From positions 1,803,186 to 1,867,185 of the forward strand of contig RHPI01002533.1 of assembly GCA_009103225.1 (NCBI GenBank): 64,000 nt of DNA, read 5' to 3'. Position numbers and translations under genes: made by a program. Positions 1-11,033 of the stretch are shown here, in pieces. The notes beneath the pieces were generated by a model. It was not told the origin of the DNA. It saw only the letters and a program-made list of their open reading frames with translations, and did no database searches. Position 1 is the first letter of the stretch. Each line of letters begins with the position of its first letter. Origin of the DNA: Chlorokybus atmophyticus. Lineage: Eukaryota > Plantae > Mesostigma and Chlorokybus algae.

Positions 1-2824
1 ACACAAATAAGTGTGCCAAGTCCCGTGCACTTACAGTTGTGCAACACGGGGCAAAATGCACCATTTTAGTCAAACGGTCGACAAAAACCACAATAGCAGT
101 GTATTTAGCTGCTGTTTCAGGTAGGTCAGTAATCAAATCCATACTGACACTATCCCACTTTTGTTCTGGAATTGCCAATGGTTTAAGCAATCCCGCTTGT
201 TTTTGTCGTAGTGGCTTATTACGTTGACACACGTCACATGTGCGAACATATTGATCCACGTCAGCTGACATTGACGGCCACCAGTATAACTGTTGCGCAG
301 ATTTGAGTGTTTTGTGTTTCCCCAAATGCCCAGCATACGGCGGGTCATGCACTGAATGTAAGCATTGCTTACGTAAGTCGCCCGAGTTGGGAATTGCCAA
401 CTGCTCCCCTTTATACCACAGATTGCTAACAGCAGTAAGCTGTTGCAAGTTGGTTTGACTGCTAAACCAAACATCTGAGTTATAACCTGCGGACACTTCC
501 TTTAAGAAAGGATCTTCAGGCTGTTGTACATTACGCGTACTTCGAGAGCGCGTAAGTGCCAAAAGAGCAGGGCTGCGACTTAGTGGATCCGCCACATTGG
601 TGCGACCCGGACGGTATTGCCAAGTGAAAGTGAAACGAGAAATGAATTCATTCCACCTAGCTTGCCGCCTCGACAGATTTTGTTGCGTATGAAAGAATGT
701 GAGCGGGTTGTGATCAGTAATCACTGAAAACTCCACCCCTTCCAAGTAGCAACGCCATGTGCGCAGCGCGTGCACCACCCCGAGCAATTCCTGCTCAGTG
801 GTTGTGTAATTACGTTCAGCAGGAATGAACTTTCTGCTTTCATATGCACATGGTCTGTCATCTTGTAGAAGGACTGCCCCACACCCAATGGTGGAAGCAT
901 CACTGATCACCACAAAAGGCTTGGTGTGGTCGGGGAAGGCTAACACAGGGGCTTGTGTTAATGCATCTTTAATGCGTGTAAAAGCAACCTCGTGTGCCTC
1001 CGTCCACACAAATTTAACATCTTTTCTTAGTAAAGATGTTAAAGGGTTTGCCATGCCAGAATATGCTCGCATGAACTTGCGGAAATAATTGGCTAGCCCC
1101 AAGAAAGCACGTAACTGATGTACATCCTTGGGTGGTGGCCAATCCTTTACCGCACACACCTTTTGAGGATCTGGTTTCAATCCTTCTTTGCCAATCACAT
1201 GCCCTAAAAAGGGTAGTTCATCCTTTGCAAAGTTGCATTTGGACAGGTTGGCATAGAATTTGTGTTCGCGTAATCTAGCTAGAACCAATTCCACATGTTT
1301 GTGGTGGTCCTCCCGGGTTTTGCTGAACACAATAATGTCGTCTAGATATACCAGTACAAACTTGTACAATTCATCAGCAAATACCGCGTTCATTGCTGTC
1401 TGAAATGTAGCCGGTGCATTTGTTAACCCAAATGGTAACACTTTATACTCAAAGTGTCCTAGTGGGGTGCGAAATGCAGTTTTTTGTATATCCGACGGGT
1501 GGATTTTGATTTGATGATAACCACTGGTCAAATCCAGCGTGCTGAACACTGTTGCACCTGACAGCTTATCAAACAAATCATCAATCCGAGGCAAAGGGTA
1601 TCTGTTTTTCACAGTGACCTTGTTCAACGCACGGTAATCAATACACATGCGTAGCTTGCCATTCTTTTTGGGCACAAACAAAATTGGTGCACCAAAAGGA
1701 GATATGCTCTTTGTTATTAAACCTTTGTCCAATAACTCTTTGAGCTGTTTTTCCATCTCCGCGTGTTCTAAGGGACTTAGCCTGTATATAGGCCGCCAAG
1801 GTGGCTTTGCCCCCTCCTCTAACGGAATGGTATGATGTATGTTTCGATCGGGAGGCAACTCTGGGAGTTCATCCTGAAATACATCTGCGTATTGTTCCGT
1901 AAGTGACTGCACCACAGGGTCACTGATAGCCTGTTCAGCAGGTGTTTCCACCTGTCGTAAGTGCAGTAAGTATACGTCCTCACGTTTACGCATGCAACGT
2001 TTCAATTGCATAGCAGAGAGGAGCGGAACATTATCGCGTGGTATACGTGCGAGTACAGATGCTGTTAAAGTCATCCTACGTTTCCCTTTACGAAGGGTGC
2101 ACGTATTGGCTCGAGAGTCTAATTGTAAACCTGCTTCAGTGTGCCATTGTTCCCCTAAAACAACATCCACCCCGGGGATACCAATATCCACCACGATGAA
2201 GGCTGGTCGGGTTATATGGCCATTAATAACAAAACGCCCTTTTACCTCTCCCATTGCATTGAGAGTGGAACCAGCAGCACGTACATATGACGTGACTGGT
2301 GTGAAAGGAATGTTATTACGTTTCACCCAAGCATGTTCAACAAAGTTATGGTTTGCACCAGTATCAATCAATGCTGTACATGGTGTACCCATAAGTTGAC
2401 TCTCAAATCTCCATTTGAGTGGCACTGAGTGACCATCAAATGTAGCTAATATCGGAGTGCCGTGATTGGTAGCAGACTTGATAAAGATCACTTGCAATGG
2501 TGAAGCTCCTGTATCTTTGCGTGAGAGTTGCATGATTACTTCTCCCCCTTTCAACAATCGCGACCACGGGCCATGATATCGAGGGATAACTACACATGCA
2601 GTGACAGCATGTTGTAATTGCAACTCGTGTAAGTGCTTAACAGCAGTTACTAATTCAGAGAATGGAACATTGATTAAAACACAACCGTTTGCATTTCTCA
2701 ACACAGGTGGTGTGCTCATATCAGTCCATACATCTGATACATCGCAAAGAGAGGAAACTTTATCAAGAAGTACAGAGTTTTTAAAGTCGTTCTGCTCGAC
2801 TAAGCTACCAACCACGGACAATTC
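1..2824 (-). CDS. pol: Pol polyprotein (linker/MTase-like segment, aspartic protease, reverse transcriptase, RNase H, integrase N-terminus and core start); 3' partial
   Basis: Manual translation found no stop in the frame from 2824 to the window edge (most lines read codon by codon; it is missing from the ORF track, probably because no stop is reached). Motifs: LIDTGANHNF (protease), KLRMCIDYRALN, LPFGLTNAPATFQ, YLDD at 1337-1348, SDAS and TDH (RNase H), H-x6-H...CxxC and VSMDLITDLP (integrase). First in-frame ATG is at 2719. Confidence 0.96.
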
Positions 2825-4000
2825 CTATTTCTTTTCTCTCTGCTGCTTGGCCTTCTGTGCATTCTGTTTTGCATAGCACGTAGCCTCCCCATGACCTGTC
2901 TTCTTGCAGAAACTGCAAGTGATGATGGATTTGGCCGCATTGTAGGGGCCAGCAGGATGAGATGGTTTCGCCTTTTTCACAAAAGGTTTGTTGCCAGTGG
3001 CCGGGCGCTTTGCAGCTGAAACCGGGGCTGCCTCTTTTGCCGTGGTTTGCATGTTGGCGTGAGAGCGCTTTACACTGTCCACAGCAGCAACCATCTGCAT
3101 CAGCATTGGTAAATCCGTCGAGGCCCACTCTTGCAAACTCGCGGGGTTGACGGCCACATGCTGCACGAGATCTGTGTCCAAGCCACGCCTGAACATATCC
3201 AGCTGATCAGCATCACTGATAGGTAGTTTGCCAGCATTGATCTTGCTGACAAACGACTGAAAATCCTGGATATACTGCTGAACCGGACGCCCATTCTGAC
3301 GCAGGTTGTGCAACTGGTTGCGAGCAACCTGGGCAGGATCTGCGCCACCATAGCGCTGCTCCATGAAAAAGCACAACTGATTTACTTCCCGCCCGAGGTT
3401 GGTATCCCGTTGCTTACGGCGGTACCACTCTGCCAAAGCATCGTTTGGGATCAGCAACTCAGCTACACGCAATTTCCCCTCCTCAGAAATGTGAAGGGAG
3501 TTGACATAGTGTCGCAACTTCACAAGCCAGTCGAAGATGGCCGCTTGCTTGTTGGGAACAAACTCGGCAGGACGAGCAAGTGCTTGAACAGGTGGACCAC
3601 CGTCAGCACGCTGCAGACGCTCGATCATATTCAGAACACGTTTGCCTTCACCCATCTGCCCCTCCCAATCTCGCCCCATAAAGGTGGTGAGCTTTGAAAC
3701 TTTTTCTGCCAATAGGAAGAGAAAGTTCACGAATGAGACAATTGCCTCACGAGGGTCCTGATCATAGGTGCTAAGGAAATGCTCCATCAAGTCCTGCTGT
3801 GTCATGCGAATAGAAAACTCAGGGAATATAGAAGGTGATCTATCATCCACTGAAGCTTCCGCAGCTTTAGCAGCTTGAGACTCATCAGGTGCATCATCCG
3901 GATTCGGAATATCTTCCATAGATGGAAATTCCTCCTCACGGGAAAGTTGCTCTTTTTTTGAGCTTTCCCCTTTTGAGGTGGGCACCGAATTTTCTTCCAT
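2825..4000 (-). CDS. gag: Gag (retrotransposon capsid domain plus CCHC zinc knuckle), 391 aa
   Basis: ORF with Retrotrans_gag-like LHNLRQNGRPVQQYIQDFQ...FRRGL and knuckle CSFCKKTGHGEATC; ends in TAG at 2825-2827. Confidence 0.93.
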   Translation of the reverse strand: MEENSVPTSKGESSKKEQLSREEEFPSMEDIPNPDDAPDESQAAKAAEASVDDRSPSIFPEFSIRMTQQDLMEHFLSTYDQDPREAIVSFVNFLFLLAEKVSKLTTFMGRDWEGQMGEGKRVLNMIERLQRADGGPPVQALARPAEFVPNKQAAIFDWLVKLRHYVNSLHISEEGKLRVAELLIPNDALAEWYRRKQRDTNLGREVNQLCFFMEQRYGGADPAQVARNQLHNLRQNGRPVQQYIQDFQSFVSKINAGKLPISDADQLDMFRRGLDTDLVQHVAVNPASLQEWASTDLPMLMQMVAAVDSVKRSHANMQTTAKEAAPVSAAKRPATGNKPFVKKAKPSHPAGPYNAAKSIITCSFCKKTGHGEATCYAKQNAQKAKQQREKK

Positions 4001-4200
4001 TTGCCTGCAAAACAGGCAGAATGGGATGGTGAGAACCTCACCAATGGACCAGGTTTAACGAGAGGATCAAAATGACCCCAAGTTGTAAAAGTCCCAAACA
4101 GAGTCCAAACCAGTCCCAAAATAGGAAGTTGAATCTGGAGTGTCACCAAACAGAACAAGTCTGAGTGGGACCAGAATGTCCTAACCCTGTGTTGTCCTCA

Positions 4201-4644
4201 ACCAAGTCCCAATCTCCAGGCCGAAGCCAGAGGGGGAGGGTTTCAGACTAACAGGGTTTGGGAACAGATTGTCCTAGAACCTCCCCACAACTGTCCTAAC
4301 CAAGTCCCGATCTCCAGGCCGAAGCCAGAGGGGGAGGGTTTGGGAACAGTTTGGTTTGGAACTTACGGACCCGGGTCAAACGACCCGGCAAAGCCGCTGG
4401 CAGGTCACAGGTACGTCACAGGCATGCAACAGGCAAGCCACATGCATGCAACAGGCAAGCCGCACGGTGACTAACTGTGACATGCACTGGCAAGCACAAT
4501 GACAAGCAATCACCGCATGCAATGACAGGCAATCACTGCAAGCAATGACAGTGCACTAAGTGTGACAAACAGTGATGACACACTAGAAAGTCGCAATCAC
4601 CGCATGCAATGACAGGCAATCACTGCAAGCAATGATAGTGCACT
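4201..4644. repeat. Two pairs of direct repeats in the retroelement 5' leader
   Basis: About 43-bp ACCAAGTCCC(A/G)ATCTCCAGGCCGAAGCCAGAGGGGGAGGGTTT at 4201 and 4299; about 52-bp GCAATCACCGCATGCAATGACAGGCAATCACTGCAAGCAATGA(C/T)AGTGCACT at 4506 and 4593. Confidence 0.9.
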
Positions 4645-4920
4645 GGCAAGCCACTGTGTGACGTGCATGAAAGTACACACGTGCACTTGGCAAGCACCTG
4701 GCAAGCAGCTGACAAGCAGGCAAGCAGGCAAGTCACCGACGTGTGATGGTACCTCACACGTGGAGAGGCCGCCTCTTTAATAGGTGGCTTCAACGTGGAG
4801 GTAGCGCAGGGAAGCGAACTTGAAGCTTGGGCTGCGTGGACGAATAGGAGGCCGCCGCCGACGCTTCTGATTGGCCGAAAGCAGGTCGCCGCCCCCTATA
4901 AGTACCCACGTCACCCCTCA

Positions 4921-4934
4921 GCTCCCCGATACCA
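4921..4934 (-). promoter_or_regulatory. Primer-binding site (probably tRNA-iMet)
   Basis: Minus strand reads TGGTATCGGGGAGC one nt after the LTR-terminal GTTACA. TGGTATC matches the 3' end of plant-type initiator tRNA (canonical PBS TGGTATCAGAGC). Confidence 0.75.
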
Positions 4935-4935
4935 A

Positions 4936-5463
4936 TGTAACAGCACCACCGTCGCCGGTGATGCCCCTTCAATCCTCTACCCCAACACCCACACCGCCTA
5001 TGACAAGCCTTTCGACGGCGTGGCCGCCACTGAGCAAAGAACTGAAAGTCCCCCACATCAGATTGATGTGACCTTTTATATCAAGAGTATATCAACTATA
5101 TAACTCTCGATAATTAACTCACAACTAGACATCGACCCTACAGATAGGGTAGGTTAGGAAATCCAGCGTGAGCCAATCACAGCTCAGATAAGGTACCTAT
5201 CGATAAGGTACCTATCCAAACATACCTATCGTAAGGTACCTAACGAGATAGTGATCACATTATATCAAATGTGACACTAAATAGGCTTGAATAAGCGGTT
5301 CTACACCCATTGGGACTTATTTAAGCTATGATAAAGCATCATAGCCTTTAATAAGCGAGGAACCGTAGAAAAGAGGTATAAATAAGCATATTTAAATACT
5401 TATTCATACAAAATGTGTTATTCAGGTAGCAATAATACCCCTATTATTATTGCTCCCGTTACA
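4936..5463 (-). repeat. 5' long terminal repeat (528 bp)
   Basis: Begins TGTAAC at 5463 and ends GTTACA at 4936 (6-bp terminal inverted repeat), directly followed by the PBS. The partner LTR lies outside the window, so the TSD (candidate TATTA, 5464-5468) cannot be confirmed. Confidence 0.82.
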
Positions 5464-6062
5464 TATTATGTGCACATTCGATGATGCGCTTTGAACTGCT
5501 TAATATTGACAAAAGCAATTGATCACTTCATATTACAGCTTTTGACGACATAAGACAGCTTGTTTTTGACATTTTGCTTCGGCATTGCGGGAGACTTAAA
5601 TTGGAAATAAATATTATGGCGGCCAACAATGTGTAATATTATGCAAGAGGTATTATTGAGTTTGCATAAACCCATGCCGCATTACATAAGTGTCACACAG
5701 TGTGACACCGCATCCAGTATTGATTATAATAGTAAATGGACCACGCACATTGATTTGCAGTATTTATAGCATACAAAATTGTGTATAGATGCTGCAAACC
5801 TCGCACAAAAATTGCACTATAGCTGCCGTGCTCTTAAGTTCTCTCATTTGTGCATTGTGAAGGTTTCAGCGGTTGTTGACCGCTTGCTGTTTCACATGCA
5901 TGAATGCGTGCAATGGCCTTCTTGCCGTAACGTTTGAGACTCCATTGCACTCTTGGCACCACAAGGCCTTGTGCTGGATGCTTAATGCTTATGATTGACG
6001 TGAGTTTGCTTCAGCATTTGCCAATATACCATTGCTAAGCGCATTTTTTGCATGTGCCCCCC

Positions 6063-6524
6063 NNNNNNNNNNNNNNNNNNNNNNNNNNNNNNNNNNNNNN
6101 NNNNNNNNNNNNNNNNNNNNNNNNNNNNNNNNNNNNNNNNNNNNNNNNNNNNNNNNNNNNNNNNNNNNNNNNNNNNNNNNNNNNNNNNNNNNNNNNNNNN
6201 NNNNNNNNNNNNNNNNNNNNNNNNNNNNNNNNNNNNNNNNNNNNNNNNNNNNNNNNNNNNNNNNNNNNNNNNNNNNNNNNNNNNNNNNNNNNNNNNNNNN
6301 NNNNNNNNNNNNNNNNNNNNNNNNNNNNNNNNNNNNNNNNNNNNNNNNNNNNNNNNNNNNNNNNNNNNNNNNNNNNNNNNNNNNNNNNNNNNNNNNNNNN
6401 NNNNNNNNNNNNNNNNNNNNNNNNNNNNNNNNNNNNNNNNNNNNNNNNNNNNNNNNNNNNNNNNNNNNNNNNNNNNNNNNNNNNNNNNNNNNNNNNNNNN
6501 NNNNNNNNNNNNNNNNNNNNNNNN
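6063..6524. other. Assembly gap (N run)
   Basis: Run of N flanked by C tracts. Confidence 1.
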
Positions 6525-7329
6525 CCCTCCCCCCCTTTGCTTTGGTCAACGGATTGTGGCTATTACTAATACTACCATTCATGCAGCTCTACGGGGAGGT
6601 GCTGTCAGCTTGCCTTGAGGAGATGGCGCCCAGCAACGTCGGACGTCACCATTGCTATAATTGGCCGCATTATGTCATCAGGCATCGATTGTGCTTACCG
6701 GCCCAATCGCTATGCTTTTCTTGAAGGCGTTGAGCCACATTTCACTATGTATACGTGCCCAGGAGTGCTGTTCGTCTGGTGTGCTTGAGTTGGAGGACCG
6801 CCCTTAGGCGCAACACGCTGACAGTGTCCGAGATGTGGGGACGATACTCAGGCTAACCAGGCATGGGCCTACCAGTATCCTTACCAGCTGTTTCATTGCT
6901 AGGCCAGATTTGTTGGTGAACGAGTCAAACATGTGCCTTTGTGACATTGCTACGTTACGAATGTGTGCATGTCACTCTCTTCCCCGCCCCACAAATTCTG
7001 GTTCATGTGCATTATAATACTCTATTACGTGTTATGGCGAGCACAACGTCTCATCCATCCACCACTATGACCAAACACTGTGATGGCTCTACTCAGCGCA
7101 CGACAACTACTCAGCGCACGACAACTACATAGGAACTTGTGCCTTGAGATCCGCTTTAATCACTTGCAGTTATTGAGATGCGCGTTAAAAGGTTTTGGAA
7201 CAGAGCGCTAAACCCAGTACAACAAGGAACAAACAACAACTCAGGAAGTGCAGCAGAGTGTTCTTTCTCTGCTGGGGGTCATGTACGCAATCTACTGTTA
7301 CAGCTGATGCTACCTATGGTATAGACCAC

Positions 7330-9388
7330 TCAACGCCTAACTGCTGGAGCAGGTCGACAGAGGACGGACAAGTCCACATCATCGACATTGTGAATCTTCA
7401 AAAATGGATGCTCCTGTTGTGACCGAAGCACAACATTAAAGCACCGAGGAGATATGTTGTCAAATCATAAGGCCTGTTTGGCGGATAGGATGCAATAAAA
7501 GGAGCCTCCAACAATCATTTGTTTGCAACTACAGTATGCTTCCGTTTACAAGCTGCCTTCAAGCAAGTAACTCACCAGCAGGTCAGTTGCTGTAGGCCGA
7601 TGTTGGGGCTCCTTCTGTAGACTGTGTACAAGACACAAGAGATGTAATCCTTGCTATATAATGAACCTCTACAAACAAACAAATATTGCAGAGCAGTAGT
7701 ATCCAAGTATCACGTACCACATGGCCACAAACGAGCACATCTCTGGAGAGAACTTATCAGCGGGCAGTACAGGTGGGGGCTTCTCCACAATGTAGTCGAG
7801 CAGGTCCCAGAAGCCCATGGCGGGCTGTGCGGTTTTGGCACCTGCTGGCGGGTAAGGGAAGCGCCCCATCGCACACTCCACCAGAGTCAGACCCAAACTC
7901 CACAAGTCTGAATCGTACGAGTACGGCTTTCCGCTGATGCGCTCGGGCTGCGGGGCTCAGGTCAAGGAGACAAGTGCAAGAACCAGCAATCACATGCATG
8001 TGTGCGCAAAAGGACTTTTTGCATGAGTATGTGTATGGGAGAACATGCATTGGGAATGCACTGCAGTTGTTGCAACTTGTGGGCAGGATACCGACATGTA
8101 AGTCACAGTCCCGACCCATGACGCGCAAGCCGCCATTGAGTTGGCCATTTGCCCGCTCACGCCAAAGTCAGAAATCTTCACCTCCCCTCTGTGGTTTATC
8201 AAAAGATTGGCAGGCTTGATGTCTCGGTGAATGATGTGCAGCTCCTTGTGAAGGTAGATAAGGCCGTACAAAACCTGCCATCGCATACACCAGATTGAGC
8301 ATGTGTTGCTTGCACTTGATGCTTGTTCCAAGGTGCTGCTGTTCATAGATTGTACATCAACTAGCAGCCTTGTTCAAGACGCACGCAGTTGAGCCTGCAT
8401 ATCCTGGAGTAAGCAACAACAACAGTCACCTGTTGTGCAATTTTGGCGAGGAAACGCTCTGGGATGCCAGCATGTGCCTTGACAATATCAGAAAGAGAGC
8501 CCGCGTCCATGAACTCCAACACAATGGAGATGGCTCCCTCGCTGTAGAAGGCTCCATAGCATGCTACGATGTATGGACAGTAGGACTGGTGCAGAATCTT
8601 GAGCTCCTGGACAATCTGCTTACGCACTTGCTCTTGAGTTTCCAACTGAATCACCTGGAAACACATGCTTGTTCAGCAACTCTGCAGTGCATTGCTGAAA
8701 CTGGCATTTTGGTTGTTGTTCAATAATTGGACACAGAGCAAGGAGTCTCTTTAATACGCACACACACGCACTGCTAACATGAGGCACGCTACTGACATGA
8801 GTACCTTCAATGCAAGGATTGTGCCAGTTGTCTTGTGTTGGACCTTCTGCACCGTCCCACTGCTTCCGCTGCCAAGCACGCAAATAGGGCGGAGATCTTC
8901 TAATCTCACATCAAACTGTCCTTCCTGCTGTTTAACCCCATGTCAGCAATTACTGACAGAGCAGTCAGCGACAGCGACTTGTGTAATTGTGTCTAGAGCT
9001 AAACCAATTGACCGCACCATTGGTGCCGATTCAACAATCAGGCTGTCTTCAGCATCCATTGGCATCGGGCTAACTCGTGATGTGGCTGTGCTTTGACGCA
9101 GCGGGTCTTTATGACTGCAAATAAGTCAGCTTAGTGTTGCAATGCCATCACCATTTTTTCAGTAGTTACTTGATCCAAGCATAGTCCTCAAGAGGTGCCT
9201 GTGATCCAGCTACCTTTGCTGCCAATTGCACCCAGACACGTACATTACACAAGGCGTGTGTGTACCTGCCCGCTCTTGATACTGGGCGCGAGCGCGCAGC
9301 TGGTGAACCGGAGACATCAGAGCCATCAATGCGCAGTCCGGTCTTGTTGATCACCAGATCGCCCTCTGAGAAGGTTCCGCTGTTTGTG
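7330..9388 (-). CDS. MKK: Mitogen-activated protein kinase kinase, plant group A (MKK1/2/6-like); multi-exon, first exon not located
   Basis: Exons about 9266-9388 ([20 protein letters not shown]), 8805-8927 ([12 protein letters not shown]...ALK), 8430-8654, 8092-8274 ([15 protein letters not shown], activation loop S-x5-[12 protein letters not shown]), 7718-7947 (PERI...SDLWSLG), 7576-7621 and 7330-7413, with GT-AG boundaries. A further exon is possible near 9000-9115. Confidence 0.93.
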
Positions 9389-11033
9389 CTGCATTCCAGG
9401 CCAAGTCAGTATATCTGGGCAGAGTTTCACTCGCTGACACACGAGATGTCGTGCGCTCTTTGTGAATGGACGGCAGTGGACAGCTCTGCAGGTGTGCGCA
9501 GCTGTGAATTTTACGCAGCACACAGATTCAACACACAGCTGTGCACGGCTGCGTGCAAGCCGGACAGCATCTCTCATGCAACATACAGCTGCGTATATGA
9601 TGACTCAATCGCAAAACCGTTCTGTGCATCGACGAGGAGTCAAACCAGTCTGCAATGCCTGCTGTCTCACTGAGTTTCGCACTACCGCCTTCAATTGCAA
9701 TCTTTGCGAGCCTTACTTCAGCTTCAAGGATCACAGAGCCTGCTGAGCCCTGAAGCTAAACTAACCAGATTCAAGATTAACAAGGTCCCCGCCTCAAGCT
9801 CACCTCACTTGCTAAGACCATCAGGACCAGACCACGCAAGTGACAGTCTGGTCTGATCACACTGATTCAACACTTGAACCCGTGTGAAATATGAGATTGC
9901 AGCTGCAATTGTGAGATCGGATCTTGCTGCAGACACTGGAATCGTTGCTACTGGTCACAAACACAATGGCAAGCTGCAACTCACAGGTTGAAAGCCGGCT
10001 TGGGCTGATCCGGCACAGCCAAGGCCATAGGCTTGAACTTTTCGCGCCTCGACATTGCGTTGAGATCAAGCTACACGACGACCTCCTTGCCCACCTGGCC
10101 CACCAGGCCAACTACACCGCCTGGCAGCCCTGCTGGGGCGGGCAAGCAACCCCCTGTTGCCCCCCTTGCTAGCGCACACCCATCAGTAGATTGGGCAAAG
10201 TTGACCTTAGGATCCACTGAATCAGGGCCTCTGAGCACGTCGACCAGGGCACAGATGCCGCCTCCGTTGGCCTTCAAGACGCCAACCACACCGCCGCCTG
10301 CCAGAAACAGCCTGCCACAGCACAGTCGCAGTTTTGTTTTATTCAGGTTTTGAAACCGCAGCGGACCGTTTCTGACTCCTTGTGCGGGCACAAGACTCTT
10401 GTGCTCAGACCGCACAAGAAGACACAACAAGTCGGTTGATCCATGCAACAGGGAGTGGTGCATGTTGGATTGTCCCAAGCGGTAACGAAGCCTGCTACGC
10501 CGAGTCTACTATGATCGTCTCATCCGACGGGGCAGAAGAGCCTAGGGCGCTATGTGTGCACTTCTTGCCGTTGGATGAACAAATTGGACGGCCGTGGCGC
10601 GCGATGCGCCGGGCATAAAGTGTACATGCCGCCACGTCATACATGGCCCCCTGCCATGAAAGCGTTTTGCGCTATCCGAAAGCGGTGGTTGCTCTGCATT
10701 GCGATTGGTTCCGAAGCACTTGACCGGTCTTGAGGCCGGATGTTCGGCCGCTGACACCGGCTAAGTGAACACTGGTGTGTCGGTCGCTGGTGGGTCAAAA
10801 CGCCGGTGCGGCACCGGCGGTGCCCGCGGCGCCAGGAGCGTTGGGGACTGCGTTGTAGCAGATATTGCCCGTGAAAGCAGCGAATCGACCTTCGCGTTGA
10901 AGCAAGCGTTGTGGTCAGCGTTGTGGTTGTGGGCTACTTGTGGGATTGTTGGCTGTCAGTGTAGCTAAGCATCTCCTTACGCTTATTTGTCACCGCCGCC
11001 TTCCGTTTCCCTTTGCAGTCCAACACAGCAACC

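Larger units (their letters stand above)
1..5463 (-). mobile_element. Ty3/Gypsy LTR retrotransposon, 5' portion (5' LTR, PBS, leader, gag, pol); truncated by the window edge within integrase
   Basis: LTR with TGTAAC...GTTACA termini, adjacent TGGTATC PBS, gag with a CCHC knuckle, and pol domain order PR-RT-RNaseH-IN, which is diagnostic of Ty3/Gypsy. Confidence 0.97.

Noticed and set aside
2825-2827. Possibility that the host uses a UAR=Gln genetic code (as some ulvophytes do), making gag-pol a single ORF
   Set aside because: Plastocyanin ends at TAA exactly at its conserved C-terminus, DDB2 and RH7 end at TAG, and no internal TAA or TAG was seen in about 940 pol codons or in the conserved exons.
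4201-5245. Repeat arrays as a CRISPR-like locus
   Set aside because: Only 2-4 copies, no regular unique spacers, no cas genes, a eukaryotic context, and they lie inside an LTR element.
5989-6724. Long ORFs made mostly of X (also at 24040-25450 and 50641-51079)
   Set aside because: Artefacts of translating through N gaps.
10017-10353. GC-rich segment with retroelement-like words (GLNFSRLDIA, HPSVDWAKLTLG, VEIKL)
   Set aside because: The motifs are short, lie in different frames and have no catalytic signature. It could be MAPKK 5' sequence or a decayed fragment and cannot be supported without a search.
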